A stretch of DNA of 64,000 nt. Origin: an uncultured Verrucomicrobiae bacterium (GTDB lineage Bacteria > Verrucomicrobiota > Verrucomicrobiia > Limisphaerales > Palsa-1400). The translations under genes were made by a program, and so were the position numbers. The stretch's first letter is position 1; each line of letters begins with the position of its first letter. This document shows positions 30,856-39,666 of this stretch, piece by piece. The notes under the pieces are model-generated. The model was not told the DNA's origin, did no database searches, and saw only the letters and a program-made list of their open reading frames with translations. Where the stretch lies: the NCBI GenBank assembly GCA_963707025.1, contig CAVPOM010000014.1, positions 64,001 through 128,000 on the forward strand, given 5' to 3'.

Positions 30856-32181
30856 TTACACCAGGGGCAATGGCTCGAATGGGCGGCCCAGGATGGGCTC
30901 GCTCCTGGTGTTGAGCCATTCCTCCAGCACCGCGGCATAGACGGAGCGGAAATCCACGTTGTAGGCGATGTCGCCGTTGACCAGATCCTCCGGCGCCAGG
31001 CTGGGATAACGTCCCTGCAACCCCGCCTTGACTTTTGGCCCCACCACAAACAGCGGCGCGGCCGCCCCGTGGTCCGTGCCGCCATTGGCGTTCTCCGAGA
31101 CACGGCGCCCAAACTCGCTGAAGGTCATCAGTAAAACGCGATCCGCGGCCCCCATTTCCGCGAGATCCGCCACAAAGGCCTTGACCGAATCGCCCAACTC
31201 CTGCAACAGGCGCGGGTGCTGGCCGGCTTGATTGGTATGAGTGTCGTAGCCGCCCTGGGACACGTAAAAAATCCGCGTGGGCAAACCGCCTCCGATCAGT
31301 TTGGCCACCAGTTTCAAGGAGTTGGCCAGCGGGCAGGCCGGATAGGCTGCTTTGTTTTGCATTTGCCGGGTGATGGCGAGAATCTTGTCCGAACTGATTT
31401 GCGCATCCAGGGCCGTGCGTTCCAGAAAATCAATGACCGGGCCGCGCTGGAGGGTCGGGCCGCTCACGGCGCCAACGGTCGCCCCGGAATTCTCCATCTC
31501 CCCGGGATGATTGAGTTCGCGGTATGATTTTTCGTCGGCGGACATTTCCCCGTTTCTCCCTGCCCCGCCGGCGTTATAGCGCAGGCTCTGCGGGTTGTTC
31601 AGGCTGATGCCGGTGGGCGTGGCCGCCGTGAAGGCCTGGGGCATCTGGTTGCCGATGCTGACCCCGACCGTCGGATCGGCGCCGCGGCAATCGTTGTCAA
31701 AAAAACGGCCAATCCATCCGTAATTCTCAAACTGCCCGGAATCGGAGGCGGTTTGCCATATTTCCGTGGAACGGAAATGCGAGCGGTTGGGATTGGGATA
31801 GCCGATGCCCTGCACAATGCTCAAATGCCCCGCGTCATAAAGATCCTTGAAGCCGGCCAAGCTGGGATGCAGGCCGATGTCATCATTGATCTTGAGGATC
31901 GCCTTGGCGTCCACCCCAATCCGCGGGCGCGCTTTGTAATAATAATCGTTGCTGTAAGGCACCACCGTGTTCAAGCCATCATTGCCGCCGGCCAATTGGA
32001 GAATGACCAAAATGCTGGAGTCCCGGCCCGTGGCCACCTGCGTGGCGGAATCCGCCGCGGCGGCGTGCAGGGCGGAAAAAGTATTGGCCAAAAAGGCCGG
32101 AACGGTCCAGGTCAGCGCGCCCCCCAGGATGCTGGTGCGCAAAAACTCGCGCCGGGTGTGCAGGGTCAATGGTTCTTTCAT
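30856..32181 (-). CDS. DUF1501-family Tat-exported protein
   Basis: 'TRREFL', 'LAGGNDGLNTVVP', 'NRSHFRS', 'GGYDTH' and 'FSEFGRR..NANGGTDHG'. Confidence 0.9.
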   Translation of the reverse strand: MKEPLTLHTRREFLRTSILGGALTWTVPAFLANTFSALHAAAADSATQVATGRDSSILVILQLAGGNDGLNTVVPYSNDYYYKARPRIGVDAKAILKINDDIGLHPSLAGFKDLYDAGHLSIVQGIGYPNPNRSHFRSTEIWQTASDSGQFENYGWIGRFFDNDCRGADPTVGVSIGNQMPQAFTAATPTGISLNNPQSLRYNAGGAGRNGEMSADEKSYRELNHPGEMENSGATVGAVSGPTLQRGPVIDFLERTALDAQISSDKILAITRQMQNKAAYPACPLANSLKLVAKLIGGGLPTRIFYVSQGGYDTHTNQAGQHPRLLQELGDSVKAFVADLAEMGAADRVLLMTFSEFGRRVSENANGGTDHGAAAPLFVVGPKVKAGLQGRYPSLAPEDLVNGDIAYNVDFRSVYAAVLEEWLNTRSEPILGRPFEPLPLV

Positions 32182-32186
32182 AGGTT

Positions 32187-33704
32187 TCAGGAGACTTGAA
32201 ATTCCGGCGCCGCCATGAGCAGGCGCACGACATGGCGGATGTCGTCATCGCGCAAATTTTCCCGCGGCTCGAGATATTCGCGCAAGACCCGGCGGTGTTC
32301 TTCCGGGAAGGCGGTCAGGAGGAAGCGTTTCTGCAACGCCGCCAGCAGCCGGTCCTTGTCCTGGCGCTCCTCCGCGGTGACAATATTATTGACGTTGATC
32401 GGCGGCATCAGCCGGGCCATCTGGTCGGCGCGCCGGGCCATCATGGCCTGGGCCGGCCCGCCCCCGCCCGCCGCCGGCAGGTTCCCCTGCCCCATCACCA
32501 GCAGGGAAGCCTGGTTGTAACGGCTCAGCAAAGTATTGGTCGTGATCCAGCTCAAGCCGCCGTCCCAGCCCTTCACGTTGGGCGGAGCCAGCAGGTCCTG
32601 GCCGAGATTGCGCACCATCTCCACCGAAACGACCGGCGGCGGCATGGGCCTTTCCAACATCCGCACCGAACTGACCAGCCATTGCACCGGGCTTTTGATC
32701 TGGCTGCCCATCACTTGGTCCGCATAAAATTCTCCGCTGCGGAACAGGGCGCGCAGCAGAGGCCGGAAAGCATGGTTGGAGGAATTAAAAACACCGGCCA
32801 GCGCCTCGATCACCGCCGGATCGACCTCCTCCCCGGCGAAAAATTTCCAGAGCTTGCCCGTGATGAAACGGCTGGCCTGGGGTTGGGCCACGATAATCTC
32901 CAGCACATCCTGCCCGGTCAACGGCCCGGTCTTGCCCAGCACCGTCTTGACGCCGTAATCATGCAGCGAGGGCCGGTAGAGATAGGATTCGGTGGGGCGC
33001 TCCAACGACCATCCAGTCATGGCGCGGGCCGCTTCCGTCACGTCCTTTTCCGTGTAATGGCCCTCGCCCAGGGTGAACAACTCCATGCATTCGCGCGCGA
33101 AATTCTCGTTCGGATGCTCCTTGCGGCTTTGCGCCTGGTCCAGCCAGATCAACATCGCCGGGTCGGTGGCAACCGCGGTCAGGAGATCCAGCCAGTTGCC
33201 CGATCCCATGTTCCGGAATGTCTCGATCTGCCGCCACAGGAAATAAGGCTCCCGCACCTTGACGGCGCTGGTGGCAAAGTGTCCGTGCCAGAACAAGGTG
33301 AGTTTTTCCTGCAATGGCCGCGGCCCGGTGGCCATCCTTTCCAGCCAACTGGCGCGCAATTCCTGAACCTGGAGTGTGACCTCCCGCTGAAATTGCTGCT
33401 GCAGCTCGCGGCGCTCCCCGGCGATCTTGCTTTTTTCATCCGCCGTCGCCGCCATCCGCTCCTGCTGGTTCAACTCCTGGATTTGCCGCGGATAAGCCAC
33501 CCTTTGCGGATCGGGTTTGGCCCAATCCGGGGCCGGGATGTCATCGGGGATTTTCTCATAATCAACCAGGTGGCTCACCGCGCCATCCAGGCCCAATTTG
33601 ACCAGTTTCTCAACCTCCGCCGGCGTCCCGCCGAACCCCGCGCGATTCAGCAAATGCGCCGCCGTGGCGTAATTCCACTTTGAAGCTGGCAACGGACTTA
33701 ACAT
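32187..33704 (-). CDS. DUF1800-family protein
   Basis: 'AAHLLNRAGFG', 'EKLTLFWHGHF', 'PNENFARE.MELFTLG' and 'PPNVKGW'; the usual partner of DUF1501. Confidence 0.9.
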   Translation of the reverse strand: MLSPLPASKWNYATAAHLLNRAGFGGTPAEVEKLVKLGLDGAVSHLVDYEKIPDDIPAPDWAKPDPQRVAYPRQIQELNQQERMAATADEKSKIAGERRELQQQFQREVTLQVQELRASWLERMATGPRPLQEKLTLFWHGHFATSAVKVREPYFLWRQIETFRNMGSGNWLDLLTAVATDPAMLIWLDQAQSRKEHPNENFARECMELFTLGEGHYTEKDVTEAARAMTGWSLERPTESYLYRPSLHDYGVKTVLGKTGPLTGQDVLEIIVAQPQASRFITGKLWKFFAGEEVDPAVIEALAGVFNSSNHAFRPLLRALFRSGEFYADQVMGSQIKSPVQWLVSSVRMLERPMPPPVVSVEMVRNLGQDLLAPPNVKGWDGGLSWITTNTLLSRYNQASLLVMGQGNLPAAGGGGPAQAMMARRADQMARLMPPINVNNIVTAEERQDKDRLLAALQKRFLLTAFPEEHRRVLREYLEPRENLRDDDIRHVVRLLMAAPEFQVS

Positions 33705-33896
33705 ACATGCACTGCGACATCAACTCAGACGGACCTTTGCCACGCCTGGTTACACTCCACTTTACCACCAAGCCCGCCAACCGCAAGGTTGCGTGGCCCG
33801 GGACCGGGCCTGTCCTCCCCTGCCCGCCCTTAAATTGTAACAGGATCGTTCCAACCGCGGCGTTGACTTTTCGTCCCGGCGTTCTACGGTGGCGCG

Positions 33897-35012
33897 ATGC
33901 GTGGCAAACCTGCGGCGATTGCGCGGCTTCGCCGGCGGCTTTTTCCCAGCCTCCTGGCCGGCGTCCTGGCCGGAGGGTGCTTGCACCCGGGGCCAGCGCC
34001 TCCGTGGAAATTCGCCGTCTTTTGTGACGGGCGCTCGGAACTGGCCAACGACCCCGGAACCAGCAACGGAGTGCGCTGGGCTTCGGTCAGCAACCTGGCA
34101 ACGGACGCTGTCCGGCGGAAGGCCGCCCTGGTGATTTTTCCCGGCGATCTGGCCAACGGCAACGTCACTTTTGGGCCGCTGACCAAACAATGGGCGGAGT
34201 GGAAGAGGGTGATGGCGCCGTGTTACGACGCCGGCATTGCCGTCTATCCCATCCGCGGCAATCATGAAAAAATCCAGGCCGACAACTCCGTGAAAACCTG
34301 GACCAATGTTTTCTCCTATTTGCCGCAAAACGGCCCGGACGGACAAAAGGGATTGACCTACAAGCTGGAAACCAACAATGCCTGCTTCATCGGTTTTGAT
34401 CAATACGCCGGCCGCACCACCAATCAACAGACCCGTGTGGTCAGCGGCCTGGTTTCGCCGTGGGTGATAGATCAGATCAAACAGGCCACCAACCGCTGGG
34501 TCTTCGCCTTTGCCCACGAATCGGCTTTCTTCGGGCACCATGTTGATTGTCTGGCCTCAGCCGAGGCCGAACGCGACCAACTTTGGGACGCGCTGGGGGA
34601 GAAAGGCGGCGTTTACCTGTCCGGCCATGACCACATGTATGTCCGCCGTTCGGCTCCGGACAAAAATGGCAACCCGGTGCTGGAATTGGTGGTCGGCTGC
34701 GGCGGGGCGGCTCCGTATCGTTACGACCATTTCGCGTCGAACCAGACTAAAATTCCCACCAACCTGTTTGTTAATGCCGCCAGACCGGCTGCCAATGCCG
34801 TCCATCCCATCGTCAATTCCTCCAATTACCCTTCCTACTTCGGCTACGTCTTGATCACCGTCTATGGCGACAAACTGGAAGGCGAATGGTGGGCGCTGAC
34901 CAACTACGACACCTCCCATCTCGCCACGGGACTTCCGCCTAAAAAGCCAAAATTCGCCAAGCTCGACTCGTTCACCTGGCGGGCCAAAAGCAACAAATCG
35001 GGGCCGCGTTAG
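33897..35012 (+). CDS. Exported calcineurin-like metallophosphoesterase
   Basis: 'FCDGR', 'PGDL', 'RGNHE', 'FAHE' and 'SGHDH'; possible lipobox LAGGC. Confidence 0.85.
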   Translation: MRGKPAAIARLRRRLFPSLLAGVLAGGCLHPGPAPPWKFAVFCDGRSELANDPGTSNGVRWASVSNLATDAVRRKAALVIFPGDLANGNVTFGPLTKQWAEWKRVMAPCYDAGIAVYPIRGNHEKIQADNSVKTWTNVFSYLPQNGPDGQKGLTYKLETNNACFIGFDQYAGRTTNQQTRVVSGLVSPWVIDQIKQATNRWVFAFAHESAFFGHHVDCLASAEAERDQLWDALGEKGGVYLSGHDHMYVRRSAPDKNGNPVLELVVGCGGAAPYRYDHFASNQTKIPTNLFVNAARPAANAVHPIVNSSNYPSYFGYVLITVYGDKLEGEWWALTNYDTSHLATGLPPKKPKFAKLDSFTWRAKSNKSGPR

Positions 35013-35098
35013 CCCATTGGGGCGGAGGCGGCCCTCCTCCGGAAGAGCCGGGATTTTTCGACTCGCCCCGGCGGCCCGGTTCTGCTTTGCTGAGGTTC

Positions 35099-36058
35099 AT
35101 GGGGTCCGAATTATTTGAACGCATCCGCGCCGCCCGCCGGCGTTTGCGCGGACGGGCGCACCAGACGCCCATTGCCACCTCGCGCACCCTCGACCAATTG
35201 GCCGGAGCCGCGGTCTTTTGCAAATGCGAAAACTTTCAGCGCGTCGGGGCCTTCAAATTTCGCGGCGCGTTCAACGCCATCTCCCAGTTGAGCGACGCCC
35301 AAAAAAAAGCGGGCGTCATTACTTTTTCCTCCGGCAACCACGCGCAGGCCGTGGCGCTGACCTGCCAGATGCTGGGCCTGCAGGCCACCGTCGTCATGCC
35401 GCGCGACGCCCCGGCGGCCAAGCGCGCGGCCACCGCCGGGTACGGGGCCAGTGTCGTCCTCTGCGAGCCGGAGAACCCCGGCCGCGAACAGGTGGCCGCC
35501 GCGCTGCAAGCCAAACACGGCTACACGCTGATTCCGCCCTTTGATCATCTGGATGTGATCGCCGGCCAGGGCACGGCTGCCCTGGAAATGTTCGAGGAAC
35601 TCCAGTCGCTGGACTTTCTCATCACGCCCTGCGGCGGAGGAGGGTTGCTCAGCGGCAGCGCTGTCTGCGCCAAAAACCTCGCTCCCAAATGCCGCGTCAT
35701 CGGCATCGAACCCGAACTGGCCGACGATGCGGTTCGTTCTTTTGCCAGCAAAACCCTCCAGACCGTCGCCAATCCCCGCACCATCGCCGACGGCACGCGC
35801 ACGGCTTCCCTCGGCCAATTGACCTTCCCCCTCGTCCTGGCGAACGTGGACGAAATGAGGACCGTGACCGAGGAATCCATCATGGAAGCCGTGCGCTTTC
35901 TTTTTACCCGGATGAAGCTGGTGGTGGAGCCGTCCGGCGCGCTGGGGGTGGCGGCGTTGTTGAGCGGCGCGGTGCGGGCGCGCGGACGGGTCGGCGTTAT
36001 CTTGAGCGGCGGCAATCTGGATGTTGCTGTCATGCAGAAAATTTTTGCGGGGCCTTGA
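35099..36058 (+). CDS. PLP-dependent serine/threonine dehydratase family protein (hydroxyaspartate ammonia-lyase/serine racemase-like)
   Basis: 'KCENFQRVGAFKFRGA', 'SSGNHAQA', 'GGGGLLSG', 'EPSGA' and 'LSGGN'; no ACT domain. Confidence 0.9.
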   Translation: MGSELFERIRAARRRLRGRAHQTPIATSRTLDQLAGAAVFCKCENFQRVGAFKFRGAFNAISQLSDAQKKAGVITFSSGNHAQAVALTCQMLGLQATVVMPRDAPAAKRAATAGYGASVVLCEPENPGREQVAAALQAKHGYTLIPPFDHLDVIAGQGTAALEMFEELQSLDFLITPCGGGGLLSGSAVCAKNLAPKCRVIGIEPELADDAVRSFASKTLQTVANPRTIADGTRTASLGQLTFPLVLANVDEMRTVTEESIMEAVRFLFTRMKLVVEPSGALGVAALLSGAVRARGRVGVILSGGNLDVAVMQKIFAGP

Positions 36059-36117
36059 TGCCAGCGCCGGGCCGCGACCGCCGCCGCCCTGGCCAGCCGC
36101 CCCGGCCGACCGCCAGG

Positions 36118-36963
36118 TTAATTCTGGCCGTTGGGCAGGGCCTGCCCGGCCTGCACGACGCGCAAATCGAGCAAATCGCTTCCGCTCAAAACAGTGGCAT
36201 CCTGGTTTCCAATCGCGCCATTGGCTTCCCATGTTTTTAGCCGCGTCCCCAGCCAGGTGATGTCCGCGGCGTGTCCGTCCGCATAAGAAAATCCGCAGGC
36301 GTTGGCGTGCCTGGCCGAGGGCACGTTCCACCAAACGTTCACGGGCGCGAACCTGGTGCCGAGGGCGCTGGGAACAACGGAGAAATTGCCGTCATCAATC
36401 GTGATCTCGCTTTCATCCACAAAGACCATTCGTTTCGCGGGCGCCGGCGAGGTAATCAGGGAGAGCTTGGTTTGGACGACGAAGACACCGACGGGCCAGT
36501 CATCCGAATGGTCGGACCCGACATCATAGCCGTTCATATAAGTGTTGACCGAATAACTTCTGATATCCAGCACATGGCTGACGGGATTGGGTTTGGTGTC
36601 CGCAGGGCATTTGTAAATCCCCATGCTCTTGCAGTACGGGTAGATCAGCGCGTTGGTCAAATCCGCGCTATTGATCGCATCCGGCAGTTGGGTCATTAAC
36701 CCGGCAATCCAATTGTCGAGGGATTCGTCTGATTTCTGGTTGGGCGGGAGCAGATCCCGATAATCATCGGCGTACATGTTGTAAGCCAGTTCCAGTTGTT
36801 TGAGGTTGTCCAGGCAACTGGTCTTGATCGCCCTGGCTTTGGCCGACGCCAAGGCGGGCAAGAGCAGCGCCGCCAGAATGGCGATGATGGCAATGACCAC
36901 CAGCAACTCGATCAGAGTGAACGCCCTCCTCCATCCCGATGCGGAACGCCGTCGCCTTCTCAT
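36118..36963 (-). CDS. Prepilin-type N-methylation protein with H-X9-DG C-terminal motif
   Basis: '[25 protein letters not shown]', 'CLDNLKQL', 'YKCPAD' and '[14 protein letters not shown]'. Confidence 0.9.
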   Translation of the reverse strand: MRRRRRSASGWRRAFTLIELLVVIAIIAILAALLLPALASAKARAIKTSCLDNLKQLELAYNMYADDYRDLLPPNQKSDESLDNWIAGLMTQLPDAINSADLTNALIYPYCKSMGIYKCPADTKPNPVSHVLDIRSYSVNTYMNGYDVGSDHSDDWPVGVFVVQTKLSLITSPAPAKRMVFVDESEITIDDGNFSVVPSALGTRFAPVNVWWNVPSARHANACGFSYADGHAADITWLGTRLKTWEANGAIGNQDATVLSGSDLLDLRVVQAGQALPNGQN

Positions 36964-37159
36964 GGGTTTAAATTGCTGGCTATAATGAATACAATAACCA
37001 CTTTCCAAACTCCGACAAGTCACCAAAATTGGCGATGGGGGCAGGCGGAAATGGAAAATGAAAGATGGGCGATGGCAAAATCTCATCCCGTTGGCGCTTT
37101 CCCGCTGCCACCTTCGCTTGGTTTGGGGCGGGTTCCTGGCGGTTGGTTTTCGCGGTGTG

Positions 37160-37597
37160 CTAATGGGCAAAGGAGGATGGCGCGCCCGCATCGGCAATAT
37201 ATTCGCGCTCGACTTCGGGATCAAAAAAAACCAGCTTTTTCTTCCCGTCCACCTCCGCCAGGAAACAGCTTCCCTGCGGGAACAGCGCAAGCAGCCCGGC
37301 ATCTGTCAAGTAAATAGACTTTTCCGGTCGCGCCGGCGGCGGCGCAGACCGCCCCATCGCCAGCCACCGCCCGGACGGCGCGGCCGGGCCGGAGAGCCAA
37401 TGCGCGGCGCAGGCCGCGACGACGGCCAATGCCGCCAGGCCGCCGCCCCGGCGCGTCCAGCGCCGGACGCGCTGGCGGGCTTGAAAAACTCCCAGCGCCT
37501 CCGCTTTGCCGGCGGCGCTGGCTGCCTGCCAACTGTCGTCCCGCAACACGGCTTCGAGCAGGGCGTCTTCACCATCGGGATCAGGATTGGTTTTCAT
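37160..37597 (-). CDS. Small single-TM hypothetical protein, probable anti-sigma factor
   Basis: Overlaps the 3' end of the ECF sigma gene; short acidic N-terminus, Arg cluster, one TM segment. Confidence 0.55.
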   Translation of the reverse strand: MKTNPDPDGEDALLEAVLRDDSWQAASAAGKAEALGVFQARQRVRRWTRRGGGLAALAVVAACAAHWLSGPAAPSGRWLAMGRSAPPPARPEKSIYLTDAGLLALFPQGSCFLAEVDGKKKLVFFDPEVEREYIADAGAPSSFAH

Positions 37598-38255
37598 GGC
37601 GTAAATTTTTTAGCAATTGTTCTTTCAGTTTCTGCCGCAACCGAGCCAGGCGGGATTCGACGGCCTTGTAAGTCAGGCCCGAGGCGTCGGCCAGTTCCTG
37701 CAAGGGCCGCTTGTCCACATAAGCGGCCTGCATCAACTCGCGCTCTTCCGGCCGGAGAGCGGCCAGCGCCTCGCGCAGGATTTCGGAAAGTTGGCCGGTC
37801 GAATTTTCCGCCCCGGCGCTGGACGGGGGCATTTCCTCCAGCGAAACGAACCGGTCCCGGCGCCGCTGGGCGCGATAATGGTCAATGAAGGTGTTCTTCG
37901 CCACCGTGCAAAGCCAGGCCCACAACTTGCGCTCGTCGTCAAAAACCGCGAAGCGTTTCGCCAGCTTGGTCATCGCGGCCTGGCAGATTTCGCGCGCCGT
38001 GTTTTGGTCGCCGCGCGCCAGCACCAGCAGAAAGCGGTAAAGGCGGAAGCTGTAAAGATCGTAGAAACGGGCAAAGGCCGCCACGTCGCCGCGCCGGATG
38101 GCCAGGGTCAAGGCCCGGATGTTGTCCGGGCCTGCCACCGTGTTGCCACCGGCATGCAAAGGTTGTTTCAACCGCGCGCGGATGTTGGCGGAAGGCACGC
38201 TGAGAGCGGTCGCCTCAAAAATTGGGGCGGCGGCATTTTCATTCAGCGTGAACAT
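37581..38255 (-). CDS. ECF-type RNA polymerase sigma factor
   Basis: Region 2 'GDVAAFARFYDLY..WLCTVAKNTFIDHYR' and region 4 'ALAALRPEEREL..ELA..TYKAVESRLARLR'. Confidence 0.88.
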   Translation of the reverse strand: MFTLNENAAAPIFEATALSVPSANIRARLKQPLHAGGNTVAGPDNIRALTLAIRRGDVAAFARFYDLYSFRLYRFLLVLARGDQNTAREICQAAMTKLAKRFAVFDDERKLWAWLCTVAKNTFIDHYRAQRRRDRFVSLEEMPPSSAGAENSTGQLSEILREALAALRPEERELMQAAYVDKRPLQELADASGLTYKAVESRLARLRQKLKEQLLKNLRHENQS

Positions 38256-38268
38256 GGCTGGTTTTTCC

Positions 38269-39138
38269 TTACTTCTGGCCCGGCAAGCCCGACGGCGGGA
38301 CGGGGGCGGCGTAGTTGGCGTGCCATGCGGCCACCAGGGATTCCGCCACCGCCAGGTCCGATGGAACGCCCCGCACGATGAGCAGGCCGGAGTCGCGGTT
38401 GATTCTAGCAAAGCTGTTCGGATTCCAAAAGCGGCGATTTATGTTGTTTAAGTCTTTATTCTGAACCTCAATCTCCTGCGCCAGTTTTTCCCATTGATTC
38501 GCGGGAATTCCGTTCAGGGCAAAGGCCTTCAGCGTGACGTCTGGCGTTGTGTTTGCATAGATGGAGCGAAATATGACGACCGAAGGTTTCGCCAAATCCC
38601 CACGCACCATCAATTCTCCCAGCTCCGGTATCGCCTGACCCAGACTATTGTAAAGAGCGATCAAGGCCTCCAGCGGATCGCGATTCTCTGGAATGCCAGC
38701 AAAGACACCGCGACGGCCGCCGCCTCCAGAACCACCGCCGCCAGCAGAGGCGCCTCCAGCGCCGCCTCCAAAACCACCAAATCCACCGCCTCCTCCACCA
38801 GGCCTTCCTCTAAACCCGGGACTCATGCTTTCCGCGGACCGCAGGTTCATGCGTAAGGCTGGAATATGGACGGCTCGCATCTTGTCCGGGATGTCCACAA
38901 CTTTTGCCCAATCCACTTTGTATTGCTTCTCCACAGCGGCCACAAACTCCGAGGGTGTGCCGCCCGGGAAAAAGAAGTCCACCTCGTCCCGGGGCGATGC
39001 CGCGGGAAGGCCAGCGGCTTCAGCGGTCGGCGGGGTGTTGGTGGCGCTGTCGGCCTGGGCCAGGGCGCTGCCTTGCGACAAAAACGCCAGCGGCGCGGCC
39101 AAGTTGAGGGCGGTGAAGAAAATGGAGTTCGATTTCAT
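38269..39138 (-). CDS. Secreted hypothetical protein with Gly-rich insert and secretin-N(NolW)-like C-terminal segment
   Basis: Signal peptide ending SALAQA, a 'GGGGGGFGGFGGG' tract and 'INRDSGLLIVRGVPSDLAVAESLV'. Confidence 0.65.
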   Translation of the reverse strand: MKSNSIFFTALNLAAPLAFLSQGSALAQADSATNTPPTAEAAGLPAASPRDEVDFFFPGGTPSEFVAAVEKQYKVDWAKVVDIPDKMRAVHIPALRMNLRSAESMSPGFRGRPGGGGGGFGGFGGGAGGASAGGGGSGGGGRRGVFAGIPENRDPLEALIALYNSLGQAIPELGELMVRGDLAKPSVVIFRSIYANTTPDVTLKAFALNGIPANQWEKLAQEIEVQNKDLNNINRRFWNPNSFARINRDSGLLIVRGVPSDLAVAESLVAAWHANYAAPVPPSGLPGQK

Positions 39139-39280
39139 ATCAGTTTTGGGCTGTGGTCATTGTCTGGCGTGTTGGAGGGAAGGCCAAGCCGATTCGGGCG
39201 GCGTTCCGCTCTTCACCAGGGACAACGATGCCCGCGCCGCAAATCCCTCGAACTTTCGGGCATGGCCCCCCCTGCCGGAA

Positions 39281-39340
39281 CTGAAACTAGGTGAAATTAG
39301 GTGAAACCAAGTGAAATTAGGTGAAATTAACTGAAAATGA
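39281..39340 (+). repeat. Decamer tandem repeat (GTGAAATTAG-like, six copies)
   Basis: ctgaaactag gtgaaattag gtgaaaccaa gtgaaattag gtgaaattaa ctgaaaatga. Confidence 0.85.
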
Positions 39341-39554
39341 TGGGACCGATGGGACCTGTAGGGCGGACCGATACGAAAACGGCCGCGCGCAGCCGGGCCA
39401 GCCGACCCAAGGCGCGGAGTGGCCGGCGGGTTTGAACCCGTTGCCGCGACTCCCGCCTGTGGCGCCTTTCCCCATAACTGAGGGCATAATAGTGGTTAAA
39501 GTCGAAACTGTCAAAGGAAAAGTTTTGGATTTTTGTAATGCGCCGGTCACGGTT

Positions 39555-39651
39555 GGCAGGGCGGGCAGTCCGCTGCCCGCCGCACGACGGCCGCCTGACG
39601 TTCATTCCTCGGTCAATTCCCGACGGCGGGCAGAGGACTGCCCGCCCTACC
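39555..39651. repeat. REP doublet (REPIN-like), GTAG family
   Basis: GGCAGGGCGGGCAGTCCGCTGCCCGCCG (39555-39582) is inverted relative to GGTAGGGCGGGCAGTCCTCTGCCCGCCG (minus strand, 39624-39651); each unit is itself a hairpin. Confidence 0.85.
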
Positions 39652-39666
39652 ACCCAGGACGCATCC

